64,000 nt of DNA from Bacteroidales bacterium (GCA_017964255.1 JAGCSI010000019.1:8286-72285), one strand, 5' to 3'; shown: positions 10,154-19,045, counted from the stretch's first letter. Notes: generated from the sequence alone by a model not told the origin. Program-made: numbers and translations.

Positions 10154-10759
10154 ATGGTCACAAGAATCGCACTCACCGGAGGTCCCTGTGCGGGAAAATC
10201 AACCATACTGAAACGCATCAGAGAGAAATTCGAGACGAAAGGCTATGCGGTTTATTTGCTGCCCGAGGCGGCCACGCTCTTCATTGAGGCTGGGGCTGAT
10301 TTCCTGACCAAAGACGCTCATTTGTCGTATATTACAGAGGAATCAAAGTTGCAATTCCAGCTGCAGATGGAAGACAGCATGATGCATATAGCGGAGAATT
10401 GCGGCAAGCCGGCCCTGCTGATTTGCGACAGGGGCACCATGGACACCGCTGCCTATATGCCGAAGGAGGTGTGGCAGCATATCAAAGAGGACATCGGTAT
10501 GAACGAACAGCAGCTGCGCAATGAGCGTTACGATGCGGTGCTGCATATATGCACCGCCGCCAAAGGTGCTGAGGACTTCTATACCTTATATAATAATAAG
10601 TGCCGCTCCGAGTCGGTTGAGGTGGCCCGCGATGTGGACGACCGAATCCTGGCCGTGTGGCAGGGGCATCCGGTGTTGCGGGTAATCAAAGCCGAAATCT
10701 GTTTCGAAGATAAGATTCAGCATGTGCTGAAGGTGTTGGAAGAAATTGAAATGGGATAG
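10154..10759 (+). CDS. P-loop NTPase (AAA_28/NadR-like ATPase)
   Basis: 201 aa with Walker A TGGPCAGKST at the N-terminus and a Walker B-like LLICDRG. Confidence 0.65.
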   Translation: MVTRIALTGGPCAGKSTILKRIREKFETKGYAVYLLPEAATLFIEAGADFLTKDAHLSYITEESKLQFQLQMEDSMMHIAENCGKPALLICDRGTMDTAAYMPKEVWQHIKEDIGMNEQQLRNERYDAVLHICTAAKGAEDFYTLYNNKCRSESVEVARDVDDRILAVWQGHPVLRVIKAEICFEDKIQHVLKVLEEIEMG

Positions 10760-10872
10760 ACAAAAAATTCCACTTTTTCAGGGCAAAACTGCCTGTTTCC
10801 AAAAATCTCTTTTGTTGATAAGAATGTTTATAAATTTTGGATTTTATGCATCTTAAATCCAAAATGATGTCT

Positions 10873-10880
10873 TATTTTTG
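10873..10880 (+). promoter_or_regulatory. Candidate -7 box (TATTTTTG) driving the riboswitch-nrdDG leader
   Basis: Matches TAnnTTTG just upstream of the riboswitch. Confidence 0.45.
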
Positions 10881-10887
10881 CAACTGT

Positions 10888-11050
10888 TAGGGTTCTGAAA
10901 AGAATAATAGGGAACGCTGTGAAAATCAGTGGCTATACCCGTAGCTGTAAGTTCTGAAAATGACATTTTCACACTAGGTCACTGACCATCCGGTTGGGAA
11001 GACGTGGAAATGGGAACGAGCCAGAAGACCTGCCCCAACGTAGTGTTCAT
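10888..11050 (+). promoter_or_regulatory. Cobalamin (B12) riboswitch
   Basis: aatagggaa, gtgaaaatc and acccgtagctgtaag are conserved core segments. The B12 box gagccagaagacctgcc lies at ~11028-11044, in the 5' leader of nrdD. Confidence 0.8.
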
Positions 11051-11131
11051 GCTTTCGGGATTAAGAGCAATTGAGGACGGTTGAGAACGTGCAATTTCTC
11101 CCTAAGCGGCTTTAAAAATCTTATTATCAAC

Positions 11132-13222
11132 ATGATGATGGACCAGTTGTACATTATTAAAAGAAACGGTAAGCGGGAGCCTTTTTCCGCAGACAAAATC
11201 AAAAACGCTATCTCCAAGGCATTCTTGTCCGTGGACAGTTTTGCCACGCAAGAGGTGCTCATCGACGTGATGAGCCGCCTGAAGATTTATGACGGTATTT
11301 CGGTGGAGGAGATTCAGAACCAGGTGGAGGTGGCCCTGATGGCCGAACGCTACTACGAGGTGGCGAAGTCATACATTTTGTACCGCCAGCGTCATTATGA
11401 AGACCGTGAGGTGAAGGAGAAACTGGACTTCCTCATCAACTATTGCAATGCTTCCAACGCCGCTACCGGAAGCAAATACGACGCCAACGCCAATGTGGAG
11501 AAGAAAAATATCGCCACTTTGATAGGAGAATTGCCGAAGTCGAATTTCATCCGTCTCAACCGTCGAATGCTGTGCGACAAAATCAAGGATTTGTATGGCA
11601 AGGAACTGGCCGATAAATATATGTATTTATTGAATCATCATTTTATATATAAGAATGATGAAACCAGTATCGCCAATTACTGCGCCAGTATCACCATGTA
11701 TCCCTGGCTGCTGGGCGGTACCAAGAGCATCGGCGGCAATGCCTCCGCTCCCACCAACCTGAAATCGTATTGCGGCGGTTTCGTCAACATGGTATTTATG
11801 GTCTCCAGCATGTTGAGCGGCGCCTGCGCTACTCCCGAATTCCTGATGTACATGGATTATTTCATCCGCAAGGAATATGGTGATGACTATTATTTGAATG
11901 CTGATAAGGTTGTGGATTTGTCGCTGAGACAACGCTCTATCGACAAGGTGATTACCGACTGCTTCGAGCAGGTGGTGTATTCTATCAACCAGCCTACGGG
12001 CGCCCGTAACTTCCAGTCGGTGTTCTGGAATGTGGCCTATTACGACCGCTACTATTTCGAGAGCCTCTTTGGCGAGTTCCGCTTCCCCGATGCCACCCAG
12101 CCTATCTGGGAGTCGCTTAGCTGGTTGCAGAAACGCTTCATGCGCTGGTTCAATGCCGAGCGTACCCGTTCCGTCCTGACTTTCCCGGTAGAAACGATGG
12201 CGCTGCTGTCCAAGGATGGCGATATCATGGACACCGAATACGCTGATTTCACAGCTGAAATGTATGCCGCCGGTCATTCGTTCTTTACCTACGTTAGCGA
12301 CAATGCCGACTCATTGAGTAGCTGTTGCCGCTTGCGCAACGAGATTCAGGACAATGGCTTCAGCTATACCTTGGGTGCGGGCGGTGTGTCCACCGGCTCC
12401 AAGAGTGTACTCACCATCAATATCAACCGCTGTATCCAGTACGAACATCGGAACAATATTCCTCATTTGCAGTTTGTGGGCGAGGTGATAGATTTGATGC
12501 ATAAGGTGCAGACGGCTTATAATGAGAATCTTAAATATTTGCAGAGCAAGGGTATGCTGCCGTTGTTCGATGCTGGTTACATTGCCATCAATCGTCAGTA
12601 CCTGACCATCGGTGTGAATGGTTTGGTGGAAGCCGCCGAATATCTGGGCATTCCGATCAATGATAATGAAGAATATCAGCATTTTATTGAAGGTATTTTG
12701 GGTTTGGTAGAGCAGTATAATCATCAATACAGAACGAAAGAGCTGATGTTCAACTGCGAAATGATTCCCGCAGAGAATGTAGGCGTGAAACATGCCAAAT
12801 GGGATCGTGAGGACGGCTATGAGGTACCTCGCGACTGCTACAACAGCTATTTCTATAAAGTAGAGGATGATTCTCTGAACCTGATTGACAAATTCAGATT
12901 GCATGGTTCCCGCTATATTGCCCATTTGACGGGTGGTTCAGCTCTTCATGCCAATTTGGAAGAACACCTGTCACAGGCCCAGTATCGCCAGCTGTTGCGT
13001 GTGGCTGCCCAGGAAGGTTGCAACTATTTCACCTTCAATATTCCGAACACGGTTTGCAACGACTGCGGTCATATCGACAAGCGTTATCTGCACGAATGCC
13101 CTGAATGTCACAGCAAGAATGTGGATTACCTGACCCGCGTGATCGGTTATATGAAACGTGTGAGCAGCTTCTCGCAAGCCCGCCAGGAGGAAGCCAGCCG
13201 CAGATATTACGGGAATATGTAA
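11132..13222 (+). CDS. nrdD: Anaerobic ribonucleoside-triphosphate reductase
   Basis: Start taken at MMMDQLYIIKRNGKREPF (ATP-cone). C-terminal Zn ribbon CNDCGH..CPECHS and glycyl-radical motif TRVIGYM. Confidence 0.92.
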   Translation: MMMDQLYIIKRNGKREPFSADKIKNAISKAFLSVDSFATQEVLIDVMSRLKIYDGISVEEIQNQVEVALMAERYYEVAKSYILYRQRHYEDREVKEKLDFLINYCNASNAATGSKYDANANVEKKNIATLIGELPKSNFIRLNRRMLCDKIKDLYGKELADKYMYLLNHHFIYKNDETSIANYCASITMYPWLLGGTKSIGGNASAPTNLKSYCGGFVNMVFMVSSMLSGACATPEFLMYMDYFIRKEYGDDYYLNADKVVDLSLRQRSIDKVITDCFEQVVYSINQPTGARNFQSVFWNVAYYDRYYFESLFGEFRFPDATQPIWESLSWLQKRFMRWFNAERTRSVLTFPVETMALLSKDGDIMDTEYADFTAEMYAAGHSFFTYVSDNADSLSSCCRLRNEIQDNGFSYTLGAGGVSTGSKSVLTININRCIQYEHRNNIPHLQFVGEVIDLMHKVQTAYNENLKYLQSKGMLPLFDAGYIAINRQYLTIGVNGLVEAAEYLGIPINDNEEYQHFIEGILGLVEQYNHQYRTKELMFNCEMIPAENVGVKHAKWDREDGYEVPRDCYNSYFYKVEDDSLNLIDKFRLHGSRYIAHLTGGSALHANLEEHLSQAQYRQLLRVAAQEGCNYFTFNIPNTVCNDCGHIDKRYLHECPECHSKNVDYLTRVIGYMKRVSSFSQARQEEASRRYYGNM

Positions 13223-13314
13223 GATGCGTTAAGACGTTAAGACGTGGAGGCGTTAAGACGATAAAGCATAATTTCGTCTCCACGTCTCCACGCTTTCACG
13301 TCTTGACGAAAAAA
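13223..13314. repeat. Short-word inverted repeat between nrdD and nrdG
   Basis: gttaagacg occurs 3 times (one extended as gacgtggag), opposed by cgtctccacgtctccacg. It can fold as a hairpin. Confidence 0.7.
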
Positions 13315-13776
13315 ATGACACCAGTGGCCCTTAAGTATTATAATTTCGATATTGTTTTCCAGGAAATTCCTGATGAAGTGACTTTGGCGGTCAACATCAC
13401 GAATTGTCCCCATCGCTGTGAGAACTGTCACAGTCCGCACTTGCACAATGATATTGGCCATGCCCTGAATGAGGCGGAGGTGGATGCACTGTTGAAGAAA
13501 TATGGCAAGCAGATTACCTGTTTTTGTTTTATGGGCGGAGATGCAGCACCGCAGGAGGTGGAGCATTTGGCAGCGTATGTCCGTCAGAAAAGCCGCCTGA
13601 AAGTGGCCTGGTATTCTGGCAATGCCCAATTGCCTAAAAGTTTCCCTGCTTTTGATTACGTAAAGGTCGGCTCATACCAGCCGAGTAAGGGAGGTTTGAA
13701 ATCCCGCACCACCAACCAGCGCCTCTACCGCAACCAGAACGGCAATCCGGTGGATATCACCGCGAAGTTCTGGTAA
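13315..13776 (+). CDS. nrdG: Anaerobic ribonucleotide reductase activating protein (radical SAM)
   Basis: Start at ATG 13315 (MTPVALKYYNF). Cys cluster CPHRCENCHSP. The track ORF's 70-aa N-terminal extension overlaps nrdD and the repeat, so I rejected it. Confidence 0.85.
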   Translation: MTPVALKYYNFDIVFQEIPDEVTLAVNITNCPHRCENCHSPHLHNDIGHALNEAEVDALLKKYGKQITCFCFMGGDAAPQEVEHLAAYVRQKSRLKVAWYSGNAQLPKSFPAFDYVKVGSYQPSKGGLKSRTTNQRLYRNQNGNPVDITAKFW

Positions 13777-13814
13777 AAAATTTCTCTTTTGAATTTAATA
13801 AAAAGAAAAAATAC

Positions 13815-13822
13815 TATCTTTG
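13815..13822 (+). promoter_or_regulatory. Candidate -7 box (TATCTTTG) for the TA pair
   Basis: Matches TAnnTTTG, 70 nt upstream of ATG 13892. Confidence 0.35.
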
Positions 13823-13891
13823 CAACGCAAACAAATTTGAGTCTTGCAATGTTGTCTGGCGTATGACAGGCGTATAAAAAAAGATAACAAT

Positions 13892-14095
13892 ATGGCAACT
13901 TATAGCATTACAATTAACGAACGCACCACCTTTGGAAAACAACTGCTGCTTTTTCTTAAAGGATTGGGTTTGATTAAGGAAAACGAAAAAAAAGGTATTG
14001 ATGCTACATTAAAAGCATGCGATGATGCCGATAAAGTACATCTGATTCATTACAAGGATATGGATGATTTTAAGGCACGGATGTATGCGTTATAA
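13892..14095 (+). CDS. Putative antitoxin (67 aa) of the YafQ-like toxin
   Basis: MATYSITINERTTF start. Overlaps the toxin start by 11 nt. No family recognised. Confidence 0.55.
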   Translation: MATYSITINERTTFGKQLLLFLKGLGLIKENEKKGIDATLKACDDADKVHLIHYKDMDDFKARMYAL

Positions 14096-14366
14096 TATTA
14101 CTGCAACTGTTCAATTTGAAAAAGATGTCAAGCTTTCGAAGAAACGTGGGCTTGACATAAACCTGCTATTCCAGATAGTCGATAAATTAGCTCTTAATGA
14201 GCCATTGCCCGCAGAATATAAGGATCATGCCATGAAAGGAGAGTTTGCAGGAAAAAGGGAATGTCACATTATGCCCAACTGGCTACTTATTTACAAAAAA
14301 GAAGATACCTTACAGTTGCTGAAGTTAGTCAGAACAGGATCTCATGCGGATCTGTTTGGCAAATAA
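14085..14366 (+). CDS. Type II toxin, YafQ family (RelE/ParE superfamily mRNA interferase)
   Basis: 93 aa from MRYNITAT. HAMKGEFAGKRECHIMPNWLLIYKKEDTLQLLKLVRTGSHADLF matches the YafQ C-terminal signature. Confidence 0.8.
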   Translation: MRYNITATVQFEKDVKLSKKRGLDINLLFQIVDKLALNEPLPAEYKDHAMKGEFAGKRECHIMPNWLLIYKKEDTLQLLKLVRTGSHADLFGK

Positions 14367-14396
14367 ACAGGAGCCAAAACTATATCTGTTCACTAC

Positions 14397-14760
14397 CTTT
14401 ACCGATACACCATCACATCCCCCTCAATCTCGCTGGTGCTGGCGTTCACGACTTGGGGTTAGAGGTGAATTAATCAGTTCTTTATCCTTGTTGTCGGCTA
14501 TGACGACATGCCGAAGGCATGAGACGCGCCGTCAGGCGCAATTAACACCATACAAGCGGCGGAGCCGCGCAGTGTGGTGAGAACCGGGACTGTGTGTATA
14601 GAGCATATCGGAGATATGCGACATCATACCACCGTCTTGCATAGACTGTCGCATCTCTCCGAGATGCTTGTATAGCGAGAGTACTTCATTCACCACACTG
14701 CGCCTGACGGCTTGTATGGTGTTAATTGCACTTCGTGCGTAGCATCTCTCCCGAGATGCT
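14397..14760. repeat. R2 structured repeat, copy A (direct repeat of 16463-16824)
   Basis: Aligns along ~362 bp with copy B by eye. Begins with a ~50-bp copy of a gene 3' end. Contains long internal inverted repeats (gcaattaacaccatacaagc ... gcttgtatggtgttaattgc; catatcggagatatgcgaca ... tgtcgcatctctccgagatg). Confidence 0.85.
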
Positions 14761-14807
14761 TTGGTATGAAATCAAGGCCAAATGCTGTTTTATAAGAGAA
14801 TGATTAA

Positions 14808-14952
14808 ATCAGCCAAAACATATACTATAAACATAAATTTGGCTAAATAAGAATAATCAAGTCAGCCAAATTTTACAATAAAAACATATTTTTGGCTGAA
14901 TAAGTATATTTAATTCAGCCAAATCAAATATTTTTTATATATTTGCGGCTGA
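14808..14952. promoter_or_regulatory. Iteron-like 52-53 bp tandem repeat (about 2.5 copies) carrying TTTGGCTRA / TCAGCCAAA palindromes
   Basis: tcagccaaa at 14809, 14862 and 14915. tttggctaa/tttggctga at 14838 and 14891, and ttgcggctga at 14943. The last unit overlaps the -7 box at 14938-14945. Confidence 0.6.
14938..14945 (+). promoter_or_regulatory. Candidate -7 box (TATATTTG) for the ATPase gene
   Basis: Matches TAnnTTTG, 24 nt upstream of ATG 14969. Confidence 0.45.
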
Positions 14953-14968
14953 ATAAAATTATAGTGGT

Positions 14969-16411
14969 ATGAGGCGGAAAATTATCGGAAGAAAATATGA
15001 ACAGTCTGAATTACAACATCTTAAAGAAAGTGATTCACCAGAATTGGTTGCCGTATATGGCCGTCGTCGGGTTGGAAAAACATTTCTGATCAGAGAATTT
15101 TTCCAAAATCAGTTTGTATTTTACCATACTGGGGTGTCTCCTCTCGAAATCAAAGGGAATCAGTTGACCAAGCGTCAGTTGGAGGAATTTTATGTTTCAT
15201 TGCGTGAGTATGGTCTGAAGGACATAACTTGTCCGACAACTTGGCCAGAAGCGTTTAGAATGTTGAGACAACTTGTTGAGAAACAGAGAGGTGAGGGTAA
15301 AAAAGTCGTATTTTTAGATGAATTTCCATGGATGGATACACCACGGTCGGGTTTTATTACCGCTTTCGAGCACTTTTGGAACGGATGGGCTTCCTCTCGT
15401 TCTGATCTTTTATTGATTGTCTGCGGTTCAGCCACTTCATGGATGAAAGACACACTTCTGAATAACAAAGGCGGTCTATATGGACGGGTGACTTATCATT
15501 TGAAACTAACTCCTTTCTCCTTGCTTGAGTGTGAAGAGTTCTTGAAAGACAAAAGAGTTGAACTGGATCGTTACGACATTGTTCAGAGCTATATGGCGGT
15601 AGGGGGGATTCCGTATTACTTGAATTATTTCCGGTCTGGTTTTTCCCTTGCGCAGAATATTGACCGTATTTATTTTGCGAAAAACGCACCGTTGCGTGGT
15701 GAGTTCGAACGATTATTCGCCTCGCTTTTTGGAAATCCTGAGGACTCCAAGGCAATTGTGAAATTGTTAGCCTCTCGCCGATATGGTTTTAGCAGAAAAG
15801 AGATTGCAGATAAACTGAACATGACTTCTGGTGGAACGCTGACCAAAACACTATCAGCGCTAACCAATAGTGATTTTATCACCTCATACGTACCATTAGA
15901 TAAGCGAAAAGAGACCTATTACAAGTTGACGGACAATTTCTGCCTTTTCTATTTGAATTTTATTGAAAAGAAACGATCTAATGATGAGTCGTTTTGGCAA
16001 CATTCTGCATTGTCGCCAGCAATCACCTCATGGCAAGGGTTCGCTTTTGAGGAAGTCTGTTTTGCACATCCTCGTCAAATAAAAGCTGCACTTGGTATCG
16101 CTGGAATTCAGACGAATATATCGTCTCTCATTATCGCCAAAGATGAACACCAATCCGGGATGCAGATTGATATGCTCATTGACCGTGCTGACAGGGTAAT
16201 CAATCTCTGCGAAATCAAATATTGCAACCAGGAATTCGTCATTGACAAAATTTACGAGGAAAAACTCCGGTGTCGTGCCGAAAGAATCAGAGAATTGACC
16301 AAAAACAAGAGGAACATCCACCTCACTCTTATCACCACATTCGGTCTCCGCTACAACGAATACAGCGGACGCATCCAGCAAACCATCACCATGGATGATT
16401 TGTTTGCGTAG
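14969..16411 (+). CDS. AAA ATPase, archaeal-ATPase/DUF234 type
   Basis: 480 aa with Walker A GRRRVGKTF and Walker B VVFLDEFPWM. The C-terminal part resembles DUF234. Confidence 0.75.
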   Translation: MRRKIIGRKYEQSELQHLKESDSPELVAVYGRRRVGKTFLIREFFQNQFVFYHTGVSPLEIKGNQLTKRQLEEFYVSLREYGLKDITCPTTWPEAFRMLRQLVEKQRGEGKKVVFLDEFPWMDTPRSGFITAFEHFWNGWASSRSDLLLIVCGSATSWMKDTLLNNKGGLYGRVTYHLKLTPFSLLECEEFLKDKRVELDRYDIVQSYMAVGGIPYYLNYFRSGFSLAQNIDRIYFAKNAPLRGEFERLFASLFGNPEDSKAIVKLLASRRYGFSRKEIADKLNMTSGGTLTKTLSALTNSDFITSYVPLDKRKETYYKLTDNFCLFYLNFIEKKRSNDESFWQHSALSPAITSWQGFAFEEVCFAHPRQIKAALGIAGIQTNISSLIIAKDEHQSGMQIDMLIDRADRVINLCEIKYCNQEFVIDKIYEEKLRCRAERIRELTKNKRNIHLTLITTFGLRYNEYSGRIQQTITMDDLFA

Positions 16412-16462
16412 AAGCGTATAATCTTTTGCTGTGGAGATATGCTACGTGAGGCATTTCGCACG

Positions 16463-16824
16463 CTTTTACCAATTCACCGTCACATCACCTTCAATCTTGC
16501 TGGTGTTGATGTTCACGACTTGGAGTTAGAGGTGAATTAATCAGTTCTGTATCCTCGTTGTAGGCTATTATGACATGCCGGAGGCATGAGACGCGCCGTT
16601 AGGCGCAATTAACACCATACAAGCGGCATAGCCGCGCAGTGTGGTGAGAGCCGGGAATGTGTGTATAGTGCATATCGGAGATATGCGACATTATACCACC
16701 GTCTTGCATAGACTGTCGCATCTCTCCAAGATGCCTGTATAGCGGAGTACCTCATCCACCACACTGCGCCTGACGGCTTGTATGGTGTTAATTGCACTGC
16801 GTGCGTAGCATCTCTCCCGAGATG
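16463..16824. repeat. R2 structured repeat, copy B
   Basis: See copy A. It is followed at 16855-16902 by a third copy of the 50-bp gene-end segment. Confidence 0.85.
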
Positions 16825-16836
16825 ATGATTTATTGC

Positions 16837-17013
16837 TCAATCTCTTTGCCATCCCATCGTCACATCACCCTCAATCTCGCCGGTGCTGATGTTTACGACT
16901 TGGATTTGGTCTGTGATGGCCGCCTTCTGCTGGAGGTAGACCTTCTCAGCAAGCCTTGTTTGTGGATAAAGTGTGCGGCACGGGAAGCGATGTTTCGGGA
17001 ATAACAGGGGTCG
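16837..17013 (-). pseudogene. 3' remnant (58 codons, no start) of an unidentified gene
   Basis: The minus frame reads RPLLFPKHRFPCRTLYPQTRLAEKVYLQQKAAITDQIQVVNISTGEIEGDVTMGWQRD-stop with no upstream ATG. Its last ~16 codons are the segment copied in R2 A and B. Confidence 0.3.
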
Positions 17014-17298
17014 TCAAATTTTTTTCTCAAAATATCATGCAGGTGTTAAATTTTTTGTATTTCTTTGGTCGAATCCCCCTGAGGTGGAATATACTAAAGT
17101 CTGCCCACTCTTCATGAAGTGAGCTTATTATTATGTGATCTCTAGGTGACCTCTCGATGATGTGTTGGGAATCTGTTTACAACAAACAACTCTTTAACCT
17201 AACCATGTAAAATAGTAAATCTTCTTGTACGAAAATATACTCTTTTTGAAAAACTAATGATGCTGTTTTGTGGTTATTTTGTGCTATTTATTTGATTA

Positions 17299-18639
17299 TC
17301 ATGGCTTAATAACAAGCCAAACATAATGTTTGTCGCAACGTGGGTGACTGTATAACTTATTATAAATGTCCATCCATGAACTATCAACTTTAAAACACTT
17401 AGCTTTATCCATACCGTCTTGTGTGGCTGTCCAAAAAGTTAACTCAGAATTATGATAATATATCCCATCGCTACACTTATAATGAGTAGATCCGTCATCA
17501 TTTTTACGAAATTTAAGGACATTTCCATTGGGTCCAGTCGCTTTATTACCACCTCCCAGATAACCAAGATCCTCCCACTTACAATTATCAATTAACTCTT
17601 TAGCCTGTTCTGCCGTTGGTAAACTATTCCCAAATTTCATTATTGCTTCGTCATAAGTATATAGTCCAACTCTTTTATTTGATGAGTTGCCTTCTCTATA
17701 TATTTTCCATAAAGTTCCGCTTGGAAGACCTAAATCTATCCAACCTTCATCTTTTAGTTGAGCCAGACGTTCTTCTTTTGCTTTCTGTTCTTGCTCCGCT
17801 TTAATTCTTGCCCGCCTTTCTTCTTCTATTTTTCGTTGTCTTTCTAGTTCCTTGGCTTGTACTGTCTGGTAATCATCACCATCGGTAACTAATAAAACGG
17901 TACCTCGCTTGATTTCTTTGCTCATATATTCCCCTGAGCCAAGGTAATTATTGGCACGCAATAGCGACAATTCCTCATTAGTAGGAATGCGCCAATTGTT
18001 ATAACCATACTGAGCCTGGGCATTGATATTACTGATAACAGAAGTTGGCTCTGATGAAAAAGTACCCAATTCCATTGGAAAAATTTTCAAATACCCCCAT
18101 AATGTTTCAACAGATGTTCGTGTTTTGGGAGTAGAAGATGAAGATGTTTGTGCTGGCACTGTACTTCCTGGCGATATGGCAATCTTGCTTGCCAATTTCT
18201 GTGCCACGCTTTGCATACTACTACGAAAAGACGAGGTGGCAAACGTTGCCCCTTCCGTGGCCGCTATGGTACCTGTTTCCACATTGATCACACGCGCATA
18301 CACTTGATATTGATCGGAAACAGAAATAAAATTAATTTCACCTACTACAATTTTCGACACATTCAATATCTTACCTACACGAACCATCTGAGCTTGTGTC
18401 ATCTGTGAACGTTGAAATCCCTGTTCTTTAATTACTTTATCTATTTGTGTTCGTTCCACCGTCGTATATCCTGTAGGACGGAAATAGGTGATGAATATGG
18501 CGTAGCTCCCATTCAAATCAGCTTGTGAGATGATACCGGAACCTGCATTGAAATCCAATACTGCGTAACGTTGAGCATTCACAGAAAATGCCATCAGGCA
18601 TAAAATTGCTATAATGAAAGATTTAATGGTGGTTTTCAT
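17299..18639 (-). CDS. Secreted protein: CsgG/LpoB-like N-domain, coiled coil, DUF1566-like C-terminal modules
   Basis: 446 aa with a signal peptide. RYAVLDFNAG...TVERTQIDKVIKEQGFQ...VGKILNVSKIVVGEI pattern, ELERQRKIEEERRARIKAEQEQKAKEE, and WRIPTNEELSLL. The gene is AT-rich. Confidence 0.55.
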   Translation of the reverse strand: MKTTIKSFIIAILCLMAFSVNAQRYAVLDFNAGSGIISQADLNGSYAIFITYFRPTGYTTVERTQIDKVIKEQGFQRSQMTQAQMVRVGKILNVSKIVVGEINFISVSDQYQVYARVINVETGTIAATEGATFATSSFRSSMQSVAQKLASKIAISPGSTVPAQTSSSSTPKTRTSVETLWGYLKIFPMELGTFSSEPTSVISNINAQAQYGYNNWRIPTNEELSLLRANNYLGSGEYMSKEIKRGTVLLVTDGDDYQTVQAKELERQRKIEEERRARIKAEQEQKAKEERLAQLKDEGWIDLGLPSGTLWKIYREGNSSNKRVGLYTYDEAIMKFGNSLPTAEQAKELIDNCKWEDLGYLGGGNKATGPNGNVLKFRKNDDGSTHYKCSDGIYYHNSELTFWTATQDGMDKAKCFKVDSSWMDIYNKLYSHPRCDKHYVWLVIKP

Positions 18640-18696
18640 TTTTACTTTGAGTTTGATTGTTTATTTGTGCTTTTATTCTTTTAATTTCTTTTGATG

Positions 18697-18704
18697 CAAA
18701 ATTA
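18697..18704 (-). promoter_or_regulatory. Candidate -7 box (TAATTTTG)
   Basis: Matches TAnnTTTG on the minus strand, 58 nt upstream of ATG 18639. Confidence 0.35.
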
Positions 18705-18772
18705 CAATTTCCCCTGTCTGCAAACCATTTCCAATCGTAACTATCCGTTACAATCCATTGGAAAAATCGTTG

Positions 18773-19045
18773 CTATGGATTGGCGTTTTTGTTCACAGAT
18801 TTTGGATAGGAAGGGGAGTTGCGCCAGTCGGAGCAGGCCTTGAAGAAGTCGTAGTCCAAGGCATCGCATATCTTGAACAAGACATCGGTGTAGATCCATT
18901 TGCGGCGCATGATTTTGTAGAGGTTCTCACGGGTATAGCCAATCTGTTGCGCTAACCAAGTGATGCTTCTTCCTTGCTTCATGAGCTCCGCCTTGATGGC
19001 TTGTCCGATGTGAAAGGTGTCTGTAGAGGTCTCTTTGTGGTCCAT
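18773..19045 (-). CDS. XRE-family helix-turn-helix protein
   Basis: 90 aa. IGQAIKAELMKQGRSITWLAQQIGYTRENLYKIMRRK is an HTH_3-like segment. Confidence 0.7.
   Translation of the reverse strand: MDHKETSTDTFHIGQAIKAELMKQGRSITWLAQQIGYTRENLYKIMRRKWIYTDVLFKICDALDYDFFKACSDWRNSPSYPKSVNKNANP

Noticed and set aside
13105-13314. 70-codon N-terminal extension of nrdG given by the ORF track.
   Set aside because: It overlaps the nrdD 3' end and the intergenic repeat. The radical-SAM protein aligns from MTPVALKYYNF at ATG 13315.
17067-17087. ggtcgaatccccctgaggtgg, which resembles a tRNA T-loop plus acceptor 3' end.
   Set aside because: No complementary T-stem or acceptor 5' strand lies upstream, so it is not a tRNA gene. 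It is kept only as a possible att remnant within the AT-rich islet finding.
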